Below, piece by piece: positions 59,289 through 64,000 of a DNA stretch of 64,000 nucleotides; the first letter of the stretch is position 1, and each line of letters begins with the position of its first letter. Origin of the DNA: Desulfobacterales bacterium. GTDB taxonomy: Bacteria > Desulfobacterota > Desulfobacteria > Desulfobacterales > UBA2245. The stretch is from assembly GCA_040771865.1 (NCBI GenBank), contig JAXGZF010000003.1, positions 62,001-126,000 on the forward strand, read 5' to 3'. The notes beneath the pieces are model-generated. The model was not told the DNA's origin. It searched no databases and saw only the letters and a program-made list of their open reading frames with translations. The position numbers and the translations under genes were made by a program.

Positions 59289-61589
59289 TTAAAAAATCCG
59301 ATTCAGAGTTCCCGTCTGATGCATTTCGCAGGGATCGACGGGCACGTTCGTCGACAAAAAAACCTCTTCCATGGGTTCGGGACAGACGCCTTTAACGGCC
59401 AGCGCGCCGCTCTGCGCGCAGATGGTTCTGAAGACGATGTCCGGCGGCTGCCGGAACCAGTTTCCCGATGCATACTGCGGAAGCTGCCGCATCAGTTCCG
59501 CCCATATCGGAATGGCGGCAACGGCGCCTTCGGCATGGATTGAATCGCCGTTGTCGAAACCAACCCAGACCAGGGCGAGAATATCCGGCGTATAACCGAC
59601 AAACCAGGCGTCCCGGTAATCATTCGTGGTGCCGGTTTTGCCTGCCGCCGGAAAATCAATGCCCCTGAATGCCAGTGAGGATGCGGTACCCTCGGTCACC
59701 ACGCTTCGCAAAAGGGAATTCATGATATAGGCTTTTTCCGGAGAAATGATTCTTTCAATCCGCATGTACCGCTGCTCCAGAAACTTGCCGGTTTCGTCCG
59801 TCACCGTCTTCATGGACAGGCAAAGAGGTTGCACGCCCTCTGCGGGAAAGGCGCAGTATGCCCGGGCCAGCTCCAGAGGGATCACCTCATAAGCGCCGAG
59901 GGCCAGAGAAGGCTGGGGCGAAATCGGGGTGGAAAAACCGAAGGTTGCGGCCGTTTCCACAATTTTATGAAGTCCCACTTTCATGGCCAGATCCACGGCG
60001 GCCAGATTGTCGGATTTTGCCAGGGCGGTTCTCATTCGCAAACCGGACTTGGACGGTGCGTGCGTATTCCGTGGCTTCCAGGGCTTCCCATTGACCTGAT
60101 ATGTTTTCGGTTCATTGGAAAGCAGAGACGAGGGGGTAAACCGGTCCAGTGCGGAAAGATAGACAAAGGGTTTGAAAGCGCTTCCCGGCTGCCTCACTGC
60201 CTGGGTGATTCTGTTGAACTGGCTGACCGTATAATCTCGCCCGCCAGCCATGGCCAGTATATAGCCCGTTTTCGGCTGCATGACGATCACGGCGCCCTGC
60301 AATTGCTGATCAACCTGATTCCGTTTCAAAGCTGGATTGCTTTTTTCCAGCCGGGCCAGTCCCTTCTCCAGGGCGCTCTCCGCTGCCGCCTGCACCTGAG
60401 TATCCAGGGTGGTGTAGATGGAAAGTCCCAGAGATTCTAGATCTTCCGGCGAATACAAATCCGGAAGCTGTCCGCAGAGATAGTCGATAAAATAGGGAGC
60501 TTTTTTTCCGTAAGCCTTGTAGCCAGCGGATTTGATCGGGGATTTCAGGGCGTCATTCTGTTCGGCTTGCGTGATCCATCCGTTCTGGCGCATTTCCTTC
60601 AAAACGGCATTCCGGCGTTCTTCGCATCGCTTGGAATCCACATAGGGCGAATACCGGTTGGGGCCCTTGATCAGGCCGGCCAGGGCGGCCGCCTCAGCCA
60701 GCGAAAGCTGTTCGACCGGTTTCGCAAAATAAAAAACCGAAGCCTCGCCCACGCCGCAGACCGCGATCGATCCTTTCTGGCCCAGATAGATTTCGTTCAG
60801 ATAAAGCTCAAGTATTTCGTTCTTATCAAACATGGTTTCCAGGATCAGTGATATGAAAAGTTCCTTGAACTTTCGCCGCAGGGTGCGTTCCGGGGTCAGG
60901 AAATAATTTTTTGCCAGCTGCTGGGTCAGGGTGGAACCTCCCTGGCGGATTTCTCCGTAACGGATGTTTTTATAAAGCGCTCTTAAAAGTCCCAGAGGAT
61001 CCACGCCGAAATGATTATAAAAGCCGGCGTCTTCGGCCGCCAGTACGGCGTATTTCAGGGTATCCGGAACCTGATCGATCGATACGAGGTGACGCTGTTC
61101 CCGGTTTCCGCCGAAGAGAAGCATGACCGGTTCGGGTTCAAGCTCCAGGATGGGCAGCTCCTGCTGAACATCCGTTCTAACGATGGATGCGATCCGGTTG
61201 CCTTGAAAACGGATTCTGACCCGAAACCCCTCCCGCTGCTTTGCGGGCATGACCAGATCGTGAAGATACACATCCCAGAAAGCCCCGGACCTGTGAAGTT
61301 CGCCCTTGAGCCGGGGTTGACCCGGCACCTCCCGGTATTCCAGATCCCTGAGTTTTTCGAAGAACAGGTTCGGATTCAGCGTCTGACCAGGATAGAGCAG
61401 CATGGAGTCCGAATAAACCTTGGAAGGCACGCTCCAGCGCCGGGCGGCAAAGCGGTTGTCGACCATGGTGAAAAGATGCCACACATAGATTGCCAGCATT
61501 ACGGCGGCAATTCCCAGCCCCGCAGCGGCAAACACGGCAATGCGCTTGAATGCGCTCTTCTTTTTGATCCGCTTTTTCTTTCGTCCCAT
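59289..61589 (-). CDS. mrcB: Penicillin-binding protein 1B (class A, with UB2H domain)
   Basis: UB2H region, EDAGFYNHFGVD, QGGSTLTQQL, RKFKE, SAFK, S.N, KTGT. Confidence 0.88.
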   Translation of the reverse strand: MGRKKKRIKKKSAFKRIAVFAAAGLGIAAVMLAIYVWHLFTMVDNRFAARRWSVPSKVYSDSMLLYPGQTLNPNLFFEKLRDLEYREVPGQPRLKGELHRSGAFWDVYLHDLVMPAKQREGFRVRIRFQGNRIASIVRTDVQQELPILELEPEPVMLLFGGNREQRHLVSIDQVPDTLKYAVLAAEDAGFYNHFGVDPLGLLRALYKNIRYGEIRQGGSTLTQQLAKNYFLTPERTLRRKFKELFISLILETMFDKNEILELYLNEIYLGQKGSIAVCGVGEASVFYFAKPVEQLSLAEAAALAGLIKGPNRYSPYVDSKRCEERRNAVLKEMRQNGWITQAEQNDALKSPIKSAGYKAYGKKAPYFIDYLCGQLPDLYSPEDLESLGLSIYTTLDTQVQAAAESALEKGLARLEKSNPALKRNQVDQQLQGAVIVMQPKTGYILAMAGGRDYTVSQFNRITQAVRQPGSAFKPFVYLSALDRFTPSSLLSNEPKTYQVNGKPWKPRNTHAPSKSGLRMRTALAKSDNLAAVDLAMKVGLHKIVETAATFGFSTPISPQPSLALGAYEVIPLELARAYCAFPAEGVQPLCLSMKTVTDETGKFLEQRYMRIERIISPEKAYIMNSLLRSVVTEGTASSLAFRGIDFPAAGKTGTTNDYRDAWFVGYTPDILALVWVGFDNGDSIHAEGAVAAIPIWAELMRQLPQYASGNWFRQPPDIVFRTICAQSGALAVKGVCPEPMEEVFLSTNVPVDPCEMHQTGTLNRIF

Positions 61590-61695
61590 GGGATACTCTA
61601 ATAAATCCGGACCGGATATATTGCAAGTGACATGACGGTATTTTCAAATTGACGCTTTCGGCTGATGAAACGAAGCATGTAAGCCAGTCCGGTCG

Positions 61696-62448
61696 TCAGA
61701 TCTTTCCAACCGGAGCCAGGTACACGGCAAACTCGTCTTTGCCGTCGATTCCAACCAGTTCGTCGAGCTGTTCCTGGTCGTAGGCCCCGATTGCGCAGGT
61801 TCCGGCGTGAATGGCTTCACACGCCAGGTAAAGGTTCTGGCATACATGTCCCGCATCGATCAGGATCACCCGGTGCGCCGCTAGGGCGTATCTCCATTCC
61901 ATGCGATAGGGAACAGCGGCCCAGACAAAGGTGGCCGCTCCTTTTGCAACAAAATCCTGCCCGAAACAGGCTCTGGAAAGTCGTTTTTCCATATCTTCCA
62001 CCGAGCTGATCCACAGCAGCTCGTTTTCAAGGGGAAGATAACGGTAAAGCCCCTGGGAAAGGCCATTGACGCGCATTGCAAACAGGTAGGTCTCAAAGCA
62101 GTGACGGGCTCCTGCGGACGGCACGATCCGGTAGGTAAAATGCGTATGCGCGGGCTGTCGAATTCCCTGTGTGGCCCAGAGCAGAAAGGCCAGTTCATCA
62201 AAGTTTATACTTTCGGACGTATATCTTCTCCGACTTTGTCTGTTTAACATCGCCGTTATCAGATCTTTTTTGGGAATATGCGGCATCCACTGGTCGGACG
62301 ACGGCAGCCGAACGCGAGGCGCTTTTGGATCAAAGGGCTTTTCGACCGGCGGCGCCGGAACGCCCAGGCTTTGATCCGTGGTTCGAAAATCAATGGTCTT
62401 GCGGATACTGTCCTTGAGAAAATAGCGATAAAGCTCTGTTTCGTTCAT
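61696..62448 (-). CDS. SagB/ThcOx-family nitroreductase-like dehydrogenase
   Basis: RQSRRRY, LLWATQG, RIVPSAGARH, DAGHVCQNLYL, CAIGAY. Confidence 0.88.
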   Translation of the reverse strand: MNETELYRYFLKDSIRKTIDFRTTDQSLGVPAPPVEKPFDPKAPRVRLPSSDQWMPHIPKKDLITAMLNRQSRRRYTSESINFDELAFLLWATQGIRQPAHTHFTYRIVPSAGARHCFETYLFAMRVNGLSQGLYRYLPLENELLWISSVEDMEKRLSRACFGQDFVAKGAATFVWAAVPYRMEWRYALAAHRVILIDAGHVCQNLYLACEAIHAGTCAIGAYDQEQLDELVGIDGKDEFAVYLAPVGKI

Positions 62449-62476
62449 ACAGGGCTCCCTTTCCGTTTTTGACGCG

Positions 62477-63379
62477 TCAGGGATATGAATCGGATTCCTG
62501 ACGCATTTCGGCCATTTTGCGGTCTTCCTCGTTCTGGTACTGGGGAACCGCCACCCGGGGCTTTCGCACATCCTGAGGCCGAATGGGCTCGGATTTCCAG
62601 GATGCGTCCGGGCTCCAGCAAAAGGAAAGCCTTTTCACCGCACCGGGGGTTTGAAGTGCATCGAAGGCCTGAAGCGCCTCCCGAACAATGGCTTCCTGAA
62701 GCGCGGAATCACCGGGCTTTCCACAGATGTAGCCGATGGGAAAATCCAGAAAAGCGATCCGTGGCGGATTCACCGATCGGGTGATATCCAGTGCGCTGGT
62801 CAGGCACAGGGTACTGATGCCATGTTGCTCCAGATGTCGGGCCACGATCGCCGTGGCCTGATGGCAGACCGGGCAAACCGGAACCAGCAGGGCAGCTTCG
62901 GCACGGTCTGCAAGCAGACGTTCGGTCAAAGCCGGCGCCAGTTCCTCGGAAACCTTTCTGGCCGAGTAAATGCCGCCCATGAACGTGTATGCATATTTGG
63001 TCAGAGAGCCGATTTTGCCTTTCTGAACCAGGCGCTTCAGGGCGGCCAGGGGAAAGACGATGCCGGGATCTTTTCGAGCCTCGGTCAGGTCAAAGGCAAA
63101 ATGGGTGACGCGAAGATCCGCCGGTGCGACATCGACCGGAATTGTTCGATAGGATGTATCGTCCTTGTAGTGAAAGGCTCTCTGGCCGGCGGCGTAAATT
63201 CCGCCCGAGGCCACGAGGGCCAGGCGGGTTTGGGCAAGGGGCCGGACCATGGAATTCCAGGGCGGCGCATCGGCATTTTTCGTCCACTGGTAGGCCGAAT
63301 ATCCTTTGGATGTGTACTTTTCACTGATCAGCGTAATGTAATCAACCGGTTCAAATGCGCCCTTATCTGAATCCTTCAA
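62477..63379 (-). CDS. Glycine/betaine/proline reductase selenoprotein B-like protein (Cys form)
   Basis: LALVASGG, D..IVFPL, FMGG, LLVPVCPVCHQ, ARHLE..GI.T, V.PPR..F.DFP.G. Confidence 0.8.
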   Translation of the reverse strand: MKDSDKGAFEPVDYITLISEKYTSKGYSAYQWTKNADAPPWNSMVRPLAQTRLALVASGGIYAAGQRAFHYKDDTSYRTIPVDVAPADLRVTHFAFDLTEARKDPGIVFPLAALKRLVQKGKIGSLTKYAYTFMGGIYSARKVSEELAPALTERLLADRAEAALLVPVCPVCHQATAIVARHLEQHGISTLCLTSALDITRSVNPPRIAFLDFPIGYICGKPGDSALQEAIVREALQAFDALQTPGAVKRLSFCWSPDASWKSEPIRPQDVRKPRVAVPQYQNEEDRKMAEMRQESDSYP

Positions 63380-64000
63380 ATCACTTTCTCCTGTTCCAGT
63401 TGCCGGATCTGTTCGGGGCCGTATCCCAGTGCCGACAGGATTTCATGCGTGTCCTTCCCGAATTCCGGGTGGTGCGCGTGCAGCCTTGTCGGCGTTGCGC
63501 TGAGCCGAATTGCGGAGCGCAGCACCTGCCGTCCGTTGAGTTCACTTACAAGCCCTCTTTCTTTGAAGTACTTTCCGGTCAAAACCTCGGCCGGACTTGA
63601 AACCCGGGTGATGCATACCCGCAGTGAATCAAAGACGTCCAGCCAGTGAGCGCTGGGCTTTTCGCTGAAGCGTGCCGCAAAAAAATCGATCAGTTCCTGC
63701 CGGGATTTGGAATCAAACTGAAGATCGATATATTCCGGAACCTTGAAATAATGGCAGACTTTCTCCCAGAACGCCCTTTCTATGGCGGCCAGGGCCAGGT
63801 GCCTTCCGTCCGCGGCCCGGTAAATGGAATAGCAGGCAAAAACGGGGGAAGCGATTCCCTTTGTGGTCATAGGCGCAGGTCCCAGAGCGTCGGGCCATTC
63901 GTCGGAAACCGGCAGAAGCGCGGCCAGGGCATCGGTCAGGGCGATTTCCACCTGCTGACCCATGCCGGTTTTCTCCCGGCAGAGCAGGGCCAGCAGAATT
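63376..64000 (-). CDS. Family III CoA-transferase (CaiB/BaiF), 3' part
   Basis: ILLALL.REKTGMGQQVEIAL, Y.IYRAADGR, P.FGKDT.EIL..LGY; runs off the window end. Confidence 0.88.
   Translation of the reverse strand, partial: ILLALLCREKTGMGQQVEIALTDALAALLPVSDEWPDALGPAPMTTKGIASPVFACYSIYRAADGRHLALAAIERAFWEKVCHYFKVPEYIDLQFDSKSRQELIDFFAARFSEKPSAHWLDVFDSLRVCITRVSSPAEVLTGKYFKERGLVSELNGRQVLRSAIRLSATPTRLHAHHPEFGKDTHEILSALGYGPEQIRQLEQEKVI

Overview
GC-rich bacterial chromosome segment. The gene content (ahbB-type siroheme decarboxylase, octaheme cytochrome c, sigma54 regulator, ahcY) suggests a sulfate-reducing Desulfobacterota-like organism; this is an inference. Housekeeping genes include glyS (partial), glyQ, recO, mgtE, two SurA-type genes, mtnA/ade/deaminase, mfd, tRNA-Thr(CGT), dksA, panC-metK-ahcY and mrcB. 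Three accessory blocks are interspersed. (1) A sigma54-controlled periplasmic sulfur-oxyanion module: rhodanese, octaheme tetrathionate-reductase-family cytochrome and cytochrome b. (2) An AT-richer three-gene operon at 20.9-26.6 kb, the best candidate for an undescribed system. It encodes a RelA/SpoT-like small synthetase with altered acceptor-nucleotide residues, translationally coupled to a STAND-like ATPase, followed by a second STAND-like ATPase with wHTH and ten near-identical 102-bp TPR repeats. A double-palindrome operator lies over its promoter and a TPR-HEPN gene lies nearby. (3) A post-tRNA island with two unrelated secreted proteins sharing a near-identical 723-bp five-repeat C-terminal cassette, plus IS66, IS3 and IS256 pieces. 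Other items of note: a second, cryptic RelA/SpoT-fold protein, a GNAT-deacetylase fusion, a probable ATC start codon for panC and a Cys variant of a GrdB/PrdB-like selenoprotein. All calls come from reading motifs by eye; no searches were run.
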